Source: Patescibacteria group bacterium
GTDB taxonomy: Bacteria > Patescibacteriota > Microgenomatia > UBA8517
Assembly: GCA_035692185.1 (NCBI GenBank)
Contig: DASSIE010000010.1
Span: 2,879-66,878 of the forward strand
DNA: 64,000 nt
Reading direction: 5' to 3'
The translations under genes and the position numbers were made by a program. This document shows, one piece after another, positions 8,843-17,862 of the stretch; position 1 is the stretch's first letter, and each line of letters begins with the position of its first letter. The notes below the pieces were generated by a model. The model saw only the letters and a program-made list of their open reading frames with translations. It was not told where the DNA came from and made no database searches.

Positions 8843-10299
8843 AAGTAATTGTCTTTCTTTTTGTTCTTGTCACAACCTTCATTCTTAGGGCTCATAATTA
8901 CGAAAAAGTCCCAACACCAAACCATCTTGATGAGATGTTGTATGCCTGGTCAGGCCTTAGCCTGATTGAAACTGGAACCCCAGTATCGTGGTCAACTTTG
9001 GATTATCCTAAAAGAGCTGAAGTATTCAAAGGAGTCATAAATTACAAAGGGGGGAAACCCGATGCCTCAGTTACTCTTTATAAACCTTGGTTGGACGAGC
9101 CACCTCTTTTTTCGCTCTTGGTTGGTGAATTTGCTCACTTATACCATGCAGATAGGAATCAGTTTGTTCCATCATCTTACATACGTATGCCAATGGTGAT
9201 TATTAGCACATTAACCTCAGTTTTAGTTTTTTTAATTGCATTTGAGGTTTCAGGGTTTGTAAGCGGAATTCTTGCAATGACCATATACGGGTTTACCCCA
9301 ATTTTTGTATTTGCGTCCCGTAACGCAATGCCTGAAACTTTAATTGCATTCCTTTTTGCAGTGGCGATATTTTTGATAATAAAATTTTGGAAAAATCCAA
9401 GTATTTATTATATTTTACCAATTCCAATTTTAGCTGGAATTGCTGGCCTTTCTAAACCTACCGGTTTTTTCATTATCCCAATCGCGATTTTTATGGTTTT
9501 TTGGCGAAAATATCAAGATAACCAGATTGTGTTAGGGTTAAAATATTGTACATATTTGCTTTTGGCAACTTTGCCGTTCATTGGGTTTTTCTATTGGTAC
9601 GGTTTTCATTTTGACGCTGAGATTTTTAAGATAATTACCACCATTCAGTCCAATAGGCCAGTAGGATTTGCCAGTCTTGCATGGTTTTTTATTAGTCCAG
9701 CATTTGAAACTAAGATACTGATTGATGGTTGGTATATATTTTGTTTAGTTTCAGCAATATTTTTAATGTTCTCTGCCTCTCAGTTTAGTGAGAAAGACAA
9801 ACTACGCAAAATTGTTGTTTTTGCATTTGTCTATTGGGTCAGTGTCGTAATGGTTTCGGGAGGGGAGCGAGATTTACTTCCCTGGTATAGATTTCCAATA
9901 TTCCCATTTATGGCAATTTTAGGCGCTTGGGGAATTGAATATATACTCAAGAATGTTAATTTATTTACTAGTTTTATTGCAGTTGGGCTTCTTCTAGGTA
10001 ATCGGGTGCTTCTTGTTAACGCATTTCACCCTAATATTTCTGCTACGAATTATAGAATTATTTTCGCATTATTAATGGCCCCGTCAATAATAAATACAAT
10101 ATTTCAAAAGAAATGGCTTGCAAAGCTGTCAAAATTTGTTGTTGGGTTGGCAATTATTACCGGCCTTATTATAAACTTGATATATATCTATATGGCCTTT
10201 GAAATTGAATGCCAGAGTAAGACTTGCACTTTTGTTCCAACGACACCGTTATCAGTTGTGCATTTTCCAATAATATCTAAATTTATGCCAAAATATTAA
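8821..10299 (+). CDS. GT-C fold membrane glycosyltransferase, divergent GT39-like
   Basis: N-terminal TM then a loop with HLDEMLYAWSGLSLIETGTPVSW (DE motif), then many TM helices (492 aa). First gene of a co-directional, translationally coupled run to 19895. Confidence 0.4.
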   Translation: MTRLSYPKVIVFLFVLVTTFILRAHNYEKVPTPNHLDEMLYAWSGLSLIETGTPVSWSTLDYPKRAEVFKGVINYKGGKPDASVTLYKPWLDEPPLFSLLVGEFAHLYHADRNQFVPSSYIRMPMVIISTLTSVLVFLIAFEVSGFVSGILAMTIYGFTPIFVFASRNAMPETLIAFLFAVAIFLIIKFWKNPSIYYILPIPILAGIAGLSKPTGFFIIPIAIFMVFWRKYQDNQIVLGLKYCTYLLLATLPFIGFFYWYGFHFDAEIFKIITTIQSNRPVGFASLAWFFISPAFETKILIDGWYIFCLVSAIFLMFSASQFSEKDKLRKIVVFAFVYWVSVVMVSGGERDLLPWYRFPIFPFMAILGAWGIEYILKNVNLFTSFIAVGLLLGNRVLLVNAFHPNISATNYRIIFALLMAPSIINTIFQKKWLAKLSKFVVGLAIITGLIINLIYIYMAFEIECQSKTCTFVPTTPLSVVHFPIISKFMPKY

Positions 10300-10304
10300 C
10301 TTAT

Positions 10305-11927
10305 ATGAGAAAAATGCTTTTAATTTTAATAGTTGGAGTTGCCTTTTTTTTACGTGTTAACAAAATTACTCAAGTTCCACCTTCTTTAAACTGGGATGAA
10401 GTATCAATTGGCTATAATGCTTATTCAATACTAAAAACCGGCAGGGATGAATGGGGTAAATTTTTACCGGTTCACTTTAAGTCGTACGGGGAATATAAAT
10501 TACCCGCTCAGATATACGCTTCAATTCCGGCAATTGCAATATTTGGGCTTAATGAATTTGGCGTACGGATAACGCCGGTTATTTATGGCACTTTGACGAT
10601 ACTATTTATATATTTTTTGGTGCAGGAAATGTTTGGGAATAAGTATGTGTCATTAACTTCAGCATTTCTCCTGGCAATTTCTCCGTGGCATTTACAGCTA
10701 ACCAGGGCATCATTTGAGTCTTCATTTTCAGTTTTCTGGGTAGTTATCGGAGCATGGCTTTTTGTTAAAGGGTTCAGCGACAAAAAGTATTGGCTATGGT
10801 CGATATTGCCGTTCATTATATCAATATATACCTACAACGCCGCAAGAGTTTTTACACCGATCTTTTTATTTACAGTTTTTATTGTTTACAGAAGGGATAT
10901 CTTAAAAAATATAAAAATTGTCATTTTTGGCCTTTTAATTTTTGCGATATCGATGATTCCTCTAGCTAATTTTTTTGTAAGTGGGGAAGCTACGGCAAGA
11001 TTTAAGTTGGTTAGCATCACAAATGACCCAGGTTTTGTTTTAAGAACAAATGAGGCTAGGGGAAATACCAAGCTAGTGGCTCCGATGCCTAAATTAATCC
11101 ATAACAAAGTAACACACTATGTCTATGTATTTGTTGGAAATTATTTAAGTCATTTTTCTCCAGACTTTCTCTTCATTAGCGGCGCTGGGCATAAACAACA
11201 ACATGTGCAAGGAATTGGAGAGCTTTACTGGATTCAAGCACCATTTATACTAATTGGACTTTATTATCTTTTTAAAAATAAAAACAAATGGAGGTGGCTA
11301 ATTGTTTCATGGTTATTGATAGCATTTATTCCAGTTGCAGTTACTGTAGACAGTATTCCAAATGCATTAAGGACGATATTGGCGGTGATTCCTTACGCAA
11401 TACTCACGGCACTTGGCGTTTGGCAGATTTCTAACCATAGAATTATTATATTAGTATCACTATCAATTTTAATTATCAGCTTTTCAGGATATTTAAATAA
11501 TTACTACAACGTTTATCCAAAGAGCTATTCTCGTGACTGGCAATATGGTTACAAACAGGTAGCTTCATATATAAAAGCTAATTATAATAATTACGATTTA
11601 ATAGTTTTTAGTCGTACTTATGGGGAACCCCATATGTTTACTTTATTTTTCCTAAACTGGGATCCAGCAAGTTTCCAGAACAATCCAAATTTAGATAGAT
11701 ATGAGGCATACAGATGGATTTGGGTTTCTAAGTTCGACAAATTTTATTTCCCAGATTTAGGAGACAGTGGCACTAAATTTGAAGATGTTAAGAAGCAAAA
11801 CAAGGGTAAGAAAATACTGTTTATTGGTAAAGATGGCGATTTTCCCGACTCAGTCAAAAAATTATTGACAGTAAATTTTTTGAACGGCAATCCAGCATTT
11901 GAAATTGTTGAAATAAATGAAAAATAA
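10305..11927 (+). CDS. GT39/GT83-like (PMT/ArnT-type) membrane glycosyltransferase
   Basis: FLRVNKITQVPPSLNWDEVSIGYNAYSILKTGRDEWGKFLPVHFKSYGEYKLP. Polytopic. Conserved C-terminal domain (DWQYGYKQV...YGEPHMFTLFFL). Confidence 0.55.
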   Translation: MRKMLLILIVGVAFFLRVNKITQVPPSLNWDEVSIGYNAYSILKTGRDEWGKFLPVHFKSYGEYKLPAQIYASIPAIAIFGLNEFGVRITPVIYGTLTILFIYFLVQEMFGNKYVSLTSAFLLAISPWHLQLTRASFESSFSVFWVVIGAWLFVKGFSDKKYWLWSILPFIISIYTYNAARVFTPIFLFTVFIVYRRDILKNIKIVIFGLLIFAISMIPLANFFVSGEATARFKLVSITNDPGFVLRTNEARGNTKLVAPMPKLIHNKVTHYVYVFVGNYLSHFSPDFLFISGAGHKQQHVQGIGELYWIQAPFILIGLYYLFKNKNKWRWLIVSWLLIAFIPVAVTVDSIPNALRTILAVIPYAILTALGVWQISNHRIIILVSLSILIISFSGYLNNYYNVYPKSYSRDWQYGYKQVASYIKANYNNYDLIVFSRTYGEPHMFTLFFLNWDPASFQNNPNLDRYEAYRWIWVSKFDKFYFPDLGDSGTKFEDVKKQNKGKKILFIGKDGDFPDSVKKLLTVNFLNGNPAFEIVEINEK

Positions 11928-13263
11928 TTTTATTTTCGCCTTTGTTTTATTTTTATTTCTTGTCTCAAGAATTTATGGAATTGCAGAAATTCCAAAGTCT
12001 GTATATTGGGATGAGGCATCAATTGGATATAATGCATTTTCAATTGCAACTGACTTAAAAGATGAATGGGGAGAAAAGTTGCCATTACATTTTCGAGCAT
12101 TTGGAGAATTTAAACTCCCAGTTTATATTTATACGGTAGCGATTTTTGTAAAAGCAATTGGATTAAATGAATATGCAATAAGACTTCCGGCAGTTTTTTA
12201 TTCATTGGGCTCATTGATACTTGTCTATTTATTAACAAAAAAAATTACAGACAATGAACACACTGCAATTTTTGCAAGTTTTATTCTTATTTTTTCCCCT
12301 TGGTTTTTTATATTTTCAAGAACCGGGTATGAGACAACGGCAGGCCTTTTTTTCTTCTTGTTAGGAACCTACCTTTTTCTTGAGCATACCAAAAAGGGTA
12401 TTTATATTCTCTTTGGAATAATGTCTTTCATTTTGTCATTTTATAGCTATAACTCTTTTAGAGTTATTATCCCGATATGGTTAAGTTTAATGCTGATTTA
12501 CACATACAGTAAAAAGAACATCCCTATAATTATTATTTCGATATCAATTTTTTTGGTTAGTTTAATTCCTGTTTATAGACTTTATAAATTTGATTCGGGG
12601 GGTGCTCGCTTCGCCCAAGTTGAAATTACTAGCAAATTTGATTTTATTAAAAATTATGTTGCCCATTTTTCTCCAAACTTTCTTTTTCTAAAAGGGGACA
12701 CAAATCCTCGCAGCCAAATTCCGGGTCATGGTCAACTTTATTTGTTTGAATTACCACTTTTGCTCCTTGGTTTAGTTGCAATCATTAAGAGCAAAAAAGC
12801 ATTATATTACATACCTTTAATAATTCTTATTTTGGCTCCAATTCCGGCCTCTCTCACTCGTGAGTCGCCACATGCATTAAGATCCCTTCTCGCGGCTCCT
12901 GCTTTTGCAATGATGTCCGCATTAGGAATATATTTTCTGGCGGCCCATTTTAAAAAATACTCAAGCCTAATTGTCTTATTTGTAATAATTTGTTATTACC
13001 TATCCTTTGAGTCATACATGACATCTTTTATAACAAAATACCCATCTCTTTCTGCTTCTGATTGGCAATATCAGTATAAAGAGATATTTGCGACGCAAAA
13101 AAGTGGTAATGTTTCAGATAAATATGCTCAGCCATATATTTTTGCCCTTTATTATTTAAAGTACCCTCCTCAAAAGTTTAGAGATGAAGTTAAATTAAAC
13201 CCAATTAACGATTGGGGGTTTTCTAAAGTCTCATCATTTAACGGATTCAAATTTATAAAATGA
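11917..13263 (+). CDS. GT39/GT83-like (PMT/ArnT-type) membrane glycosyltransferase
   Basis: IAEIPKSVYWDEASIGYNAFSIATDLKDEWGEKLPLHFRAFGEFKLP. C-terminus DWQYQYKEI...PYIFALYYLKYPP. Overlaps the upstream gene. Confidence 0.55.
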   Translation: MKNNFIFAFVLFLFLVSRIYGIAEIPKSVYWDEASIGYNAFSIATDLKDEWGEKLPLHFRAFGEFKLPVYIYTVAIFVKAIGLNEYAIRLPAVFYSLGSLILVYLLTKKITDNEHTAIFASFILIFSPWFFIFSRTGYETTAGLFFFLLGTYLFLEHTKKGIYILFGIMSFILSFYSYNSFRVIIPIWLSLMLIYTYSKKNIPIIIISISIFLVSLIPVYRLYKFDSGGARFAQVEITSKFDFIKNYVAHFSPNFLFLKGDTNPRSQIPGHGQLYLFELPLLLLGLVAIIKSKKALYYIPLIILILAPIPASLTRESPHALRSLLAAPAFAMMSALGIYFLAAHFKKYSSLIVLFVIICYYLSFESYMTSFITKYPSLSASDWQYQYKEIFATQKSGNVSDKYAQPYIFALYYLKYPPQKFRDEVKLNPINDWGFSKVSSFNGFKFIK

Positions 13264-14825
13264 ATAAACTGAAACTAGTTGCCTTATTTTTTATTTTTAT
13301 TTTGGCTGCTGTTTTAAGGTTTTATAAAATTGACAAAGTTCCAGCCTCGCTTAATTGGGATGAGGTAGCGGCTGGTTATAATGCTTACACAATTGCCAAT
13401 TGGGGAGCGGATGAGTATGGTAAAAAGTTCCCAATAGTTTTTAAAAATTTTGGAGACGACAAACACCCTGTTCATATCTATATTACCGCGGCAGTTGTGA
13501 AAATATTTGGATTTTCAGATTATTCAACTCGTGCAGGTAGTGCACTTGTCGGCATGCTTATGGTTGTTGCAATTTATTTTCTTGCAAAAGAAATATTTAA
13601 AAGTGAACTCGCGGGAATTTTATCAAGTTTATTTTTTGCGGTTTCTCCATATGCAATACATTTTTCTAGAGGTTTATGGGAAGCAAATTTTGCGCTTTTT
13701 TTTATGGTTGCCGGAGTTACCGCTTTTTACTTAGGACTTAGGAAACAAAATTTTCTTATTCCGTTATCGTTTTTATTTTGGGGATTATCTTTTTTTTCGT
13801 ATCATTCCGCAAAAATTGTTGTTCCTCCATTAGTTTTATTTCTACTAGTAACTCATTTTAAAGAATTTATTATAAATAAAAAAAATTTGCTTTGGGCGAT
13901 ACTAATAACAATATTTTTTGCAGGCCTCATTATAAAGGAGCCTAGAATATTAGGATTTGCCAGAATTAATCAAACAAGATTTCCTGAAGAAGTAACTCAA
14001 AAATATGGTGGTGAGTTTGGAACAATTGCCCACAATTATAAAGACTATTTTACATATTCATATTTATTTGAAAAGGGAGATCAAACCCCAAGAGGTTCGG
14101 TAAAAGTGATTGGCGAATTTTACAGAATAGATTTTATTCTTTCTCTTGTTGGACTTTCTGTTCTTTTTGTCAAAAAGAAATGGGAAGTTTTGACTATTTT
14201 GTTTTCCTGGCTGTTACTCGCCCCAATTCCAGGTGCTGTATCTTCGGTTGACCCAGGTGCAACAAGGGGGATATTTATGCTAGCCCCGATTTTACTCCTT
14301 TCTGCATATGGAGCAACATCAATTGTACAAATGTTAAAACAAAATTGGGCAAAGTATTTATCAATTGTAGTTATATTAATATTTTTGGGATGGGAAGCTT
14401 TAAACTTTATAAATTACTATTTCAATACTTATCCCGTAAAAGATGCCATTGAATGGCAATATGGGATGAAAGACTCAGTTGCCTATGCTCAGAAGCACTC
14501 CGATTATAGCCTTGTATATATGGACAAAATAAGACAACAGCCATATATTTTCTTCCTTTATTACTTAAAAGTCCCACTTCCCGAGCTCTTGCGTTCGGTT
14601 AAATATGACCAAACAATATCTAGTAGTTACAATACAGTCTCTTCTTTTGGAAAGTACAATTTTGGAAATTGGGATCCAATAGAAAGTTATCCTTCTGCTG
14701 ATATTTTATACATTATTACACCCAGTTTTTATTCAGGGCTAAGATATATATCAAGCTTTGTCGTCCGCAAACTGGTAAAATATCCAGACGGCACTGATGC
14801 CTTCTATTTAGTATCTGGAAAATGA
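13260..14825 (+). CDS. GT39/GT83-like (PMT/ArnT-type) membrane glycosyltransferase
   Basis: FYKIDKVPASLNWDEVAAGYNAYTIANWGADEYGKKFPIVFKNFGDDKHP. C-terminus EWQYGMKDS...PYIFFLYYLKVP. ATGA overlap with the upstream gene. Confidence 0.55.
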   Translation: MNKLKLVALFFIFILAAVLRFYKIDKVPASLNWDEVAAGYNAYTIANWGADEYGKKFPIVFKNFGDDKHPVHIYITAAVVKIFGFSDYSTRAGSALVGMLMVVAIYFLAKEIFKSELAGILSSLFFAVSPYAIHFSRGLWEANFALFFMVAGVTAFYLGLRKQNFLIPLSFLFWGLSFFSYHSAKIVVPPLVLFLLVTHFKEFIINKKNLLWAILITIFFAGLIIKEPRILGFARINQTRFPEEVTQKYGGEFGTIAHNYKDYFTYSYLFEKGDQTPRGSVKVIGEFYRIDFILSLVGLSVLFVKKKWEVLTILFSWLLLAPIPGAVSSVDPGATRGIFMLAPILLLSAYGATSIVQMLKQNWAKYLSIVVILIFLGWEALNFINYYFNTYPVKDAIEWQYGMKDSVAYAQKHSDYSLVYMDKIRQQPYIFFLYYLKVPLPELLRSVKYDQTISSSYNTVSSFGKYNFGNWDPIESYPSADILYIITPSFYSGLRYISSFVVRKLVKYPDGTDAFYLVSGK

Positions 14826-15682
14826 AGAAACTCTCAATAGTACTGGCTACAAGAAATGAGCAAGAAAACTTAGCAAGATGTCTGGAGTCTGTTAAGGGGT
14901 TTGCAGATGAAATTATTGTTGTAGATGAATACTCTACAGACAAAACAGTTGAAATTGCCAAAAAATACGGGGCAAAAGTTTTTCTTGAACCACATCATGC
15001 TGTTTTTCATATAACAAAGCAAAAAGCATTAGATAAGGCTACGGGGGAGTGGGTACTCCAACTTGATGCAGACGAAGTGATATCTGATGAGCTTGCAAAA
15101 GAGATTAAATTAGCCATTAGCCATCAGTCATTAGCCATTAGCCCCAAAAAACAAAGACTGTTTAATCGACACCAAAGATTAATAGAAAATAGAGACGGTC
15201 TGATAGGTAAAAAAACTGGGGAGATAGTGGGCTATTTTATTGCACGGCGCAACATGTTTTTAGGTAAACCATTAATTCATGGTGGTGTATACCCCGATGG
15301 TGTTATAAGGCTTGTGAAAAATGGCAAGGCACATTTTCCTCAAAAGTCAGTTCATGAACAGATAGAGCTTGATGGAGAAGTCTATTGGCTTTCAAACGAC
15401 ATGTTGCATTACGACTCTCCAACTTTTGAAAGGTACCTCACCCGTTTAAACAGATATACAGATTTGCAGGCAGTCGAGTTAGAAGAAAATAAAGTCTCAA
15501 AAGGATTTTTCGGTCTTTTTCAATATACAATATACAAACCCCTGTATACCTTTTTAAATTTATACATTCGTCACCTTGGTTTCCTTGACGGTATGCGCGG
15601 TTTTGTGTGGGCATTATTTTCATCACTGCGTTATCCAATAGCATATTTTAAATATTGGGTAGAGAAAGGTAAAGACAAATGA
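14822..15682 (+). CDS. GT2 family glycosyltransferase (paralog of 56513..57238)
   Basis: LSIVLATRNEQENLARCLESVKGFADEIIVVDEYSTDKT...QLDADE, with C-terminal FLDGMRGF motif. Carries an extra in-frame LAISHQSLAIS repeat relative to its paralog. Confidence 0.6.
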   Translation: MKKLSIVLATRNEQENLARCLESVKGFADEIIVVDEYSTDKTVEIAKKYGAKVFLEPHHAVFHITKQKALDKATGEWVLQLDADEVISDELAKEIKLAISHQSLAISPKKQRLFNRHQRLIENRDGLIGKKTGEIVGYFIARRNMFLGKPLIHGGVYPDGVIRLVKNGKAHFPQKSVHEQIELDGEVYWLSNDMLHYDSPTFERYLTRLNRYTDLQAVELEENKVSKGFFGLFQYTIYKPLYTFLNLYIRHLGFLDGMRGFVWALFSSLRYPIAYFKYWVEKGKDK

Positions 15683-16686
15683 AAATAGCAATCGATAGCA
15701 GTCCGCTTACAAGTGGACATAAGATTAGAGGAGTAGGTTTTTATACTAGAAATTTAATAGCAGCGCTTGGAGACAATGTTGAGGCTGTTGATTTTAGTAA
15801 AGCAAATTTGAGTAAATACGATGTTATTCATCTACCATATTTTAATCCATTTTTTATCGACATACCTTTTGTTACTAAGCCAAAGTTAGTAGTAACAATT
15901 CATGACACAATTCCGTTGATCTATCCGGATATTTACAAACCTGGAATAAAGGGAAGAATTAGATTTTTTATTAATAAGTTAATCCTCAAAAGGGTAAGCG
16001 CGGTAATAACTCTTACAGAAACCTCCAAAAAAGATATCGTTAGGTTATTGGGAATTCCCGCTAAAAAAGTTTTTCCAATTTTCTTAGCTCCGGCGGTAAG
16101 GCCGAAAATTGTAAATAACGAGAAAGATAGGATTAGGAGGAAATATAATCTTCCTGAAAAATATGCTTTCTATGTAGGTGATATAAACTATGTAAAAAAC
16201 ATTCCAAGGATGGTGGAAGCTTGTAAAAAGGCGAAAATAGTACTTGTCATGTCTGGTAAACAAGTAAAAGACATAGAAAATCAAGATTTAAATCACCCAG
16301 AATTAGCGCATCTAAAAGGTATCAATTGGTCAGGGGTTATTAGGTTGGGGTATGCCCCAGATGAGGATGTGCCTGTGATATTTAGCATGGCAAGCGTCTT
16401 TGTACACCCCGCTTTGTATGAAGGCTTTGGTATAACAATAATAGAGGCAATGTCGTATGGAGTTCCGGTGGTTGCTGGTAAGGCACAGGCCTTAGTAGAA
16501 ATAGGTCAAGGCGGTTGTCTGTTCGCCAATCCAAAAAGTACCAACGACATCTCTGAAAAAATATCTGAAGTTCTTACAAACAAAACTCTTAGAAACCAAT
16601 TAATTGAAAGTGGAAAAGTGCTTGCTAAAAGTTACTCTTGGGAGAAAACTGCAAAAGAAACTTTAGAAGTTTACCGCCATGTATAA
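15679..16686 (+). CDS. GT4 family glycosyltransferase (GT-B, retaining)
   Basis: C-terminal EGFGITIIEAMSYGVPVV signature of Glycos_transf_1/GT4. Confidence 0.65.
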   Translation: MKIAIDSSPLTSGHKIRGVGFYTRNLIAALGDNVEAVDFSKANLSKYDVIHLPYFNPFFIDIPFVTKPKLVVTIHDTIPLIYPDIYKPGIKGRIRFFINKLILKRVSAVITLTETSKKDIVRLLGIPAKKVFPIFLAPAVRPKIVNNEKDRIRRKYNLPEKYAFYVGDINYVKNIPRMVEACKKAKIVLVMSGKQVKDIENQDLNHPELAHLKGINWSGVIRLGYAPDEDVPVIFSMASVFVHPALYEGFGITIIEAMSYGVPVVAGKAQALVEIGQGGCLFANPKSTNDISEKISEVLTNKTLRNQLIESGKVLAKSYSWEKTAKETLEVYRHV

Positions 16687-17824
16687 AAAAATCACTCTTT
16701 CGTTTTTGATTTGGCGTGTTGCACTTTTTTTAATTGCTTTTTTGGCTATTTATATTATCCCTGTCTATGGTGCTAGATTTCCGTATGTAGATAGGGTATT
16801 GGAAATTACACACCTTCCAAACTGGATTTGGGGATTTGGTGGTTTTGATGGTGTTCATTATCTTCGTATTGCCCAAGATGGTTATTTTGCTCAATTTTCA
16901 CAGGCATTTTTCCCATTATTTCCAATTTTGATTAAGGTTTTTTCATCTATTTTCCCGAGAGTTCCCAATCTTGATACCAATATTTTTACAGACCCTGCAT
17001 ATTTTTATTCAGGATTGATTCTCGCTAATTCATTTTTTCTCGGTTCCCTTTATATTTTATACAAGTTAATACTTATTGATTTCAAGAAGGATGTAGCATT
17101 TTTGACAATTATCCTACTTTTAGTATTTCCAACTTCTTTTTATTTCGGCGCGGTTTACACTGAGTCACTATTTTTGCTTCTCGCAGTGTTATCTGTTTAC
17201 CTTGTTAGGAAGAATAACTTCTTTTGGGCGGCTGTTCTAATTTCACTTGCAACTGCAACAAGAGTTTTTGGTGTGTTACTAATTCCTTTGTATATCATTG
17301 AAGTTGTTAAAAATAAAAATAAACTGAATTATCTTTGGACATTAATCACCCCTCTAGGCATATTGAGCTATATGTATTTTTTAAAAACTGAATTTAATAA
17401 TCCAATTTCTTTTTTAACAAGTCAGCCACTTTTTGGCGCTGGTCGTTCTGGAGGAGAAATAATTCTATTGCCCCAAGTCATATACAGATACTTAAAGATA
17501 TTTGTATCGATTGATCTATCTACATTAGGTTTTTTAAATGCATTTTTAGAATTTACATTTGCGCTCGTTCCATTGACATTTCTGATAGTATTTTTTAAGA
17601 AAATGAGGTTAAGTTACTGGATTTTTTCAGTTGGTACACTTTTGTTGCCAACATTCACTGGAACGTTTTCATCCATGCCAAGATATGTCCTAATCCCTAT
17701 GGTTTTACTTTTCCCAACTCTAATTATCCGATTTAGAAAGTATATTAAACCTGCTATTCTTATTTCTTGTATCCTAGGAGTTATCCTGACAATTTTATTT
17801 ATCAGAGGCTATTGGGTTGCATGA
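16679..17824 (+). CDS. Polytopic mannosyltransferase-like membrane protein (PIG-V/Gpi18-like, GT-C)
   Basis: The first loop motif FGGFDGVHYLRIAQDGYFAQFSQAFFPLFPIL resembles the D..HY..IA..GY...AFFPL signature of the PIG-V family. 381 aa with about 9 TM helices. Confidence 0.4.
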   Translation: MYKKITLSFLIWRVALFLIAFLAIYIIPVYGARFPYVDRVLEITHLPNWIWGFGGFDGVHYLRIAQDGYFAQFSQAFFPLFPILIKVFSSIFPRVPNLDTNIFTDPAYFYSGLILANSFFLGSLYILYKLILIDFKKDVAFLTIILLLVFPTSFYFGAVYTESLFLLLAVLSVYLVRKNNFFWAAVLISLATATRVFGVLLIPLYIIEVVKNKNKLNYLWTLITPLGILSYMYFLKTEFNNPISFLTSQPLFGAGRSGGEIILLPQVIYRYLKIFVSIDLSTLGFLNAFLEFTFALVPLTFLIVFFKKMRLSYWIFSVGTLLLPTFTGTFSSMPRYVLIPMVLLFPTLIIRFRKYIKPAILISCILGVILTILFIRGYWVA

Positions 17825-17828
17825 TTAT

Positions 17829-17862
17829 GAGTGTTTACAAATGATGAGTGTTTACAAATGAT
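17829..17862 (+). repeat. 17-bp perfect tandem duplication (gagtgtttacaaatgat x2) at the 5' end/leader of the flippase gene
   Basis: Read directly: 17829-17845 equals 17846-17862. It lies between the upstream stop (17822-17824) and the probable ATG ATG start at 17858/17861. Confidence 0.9.
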
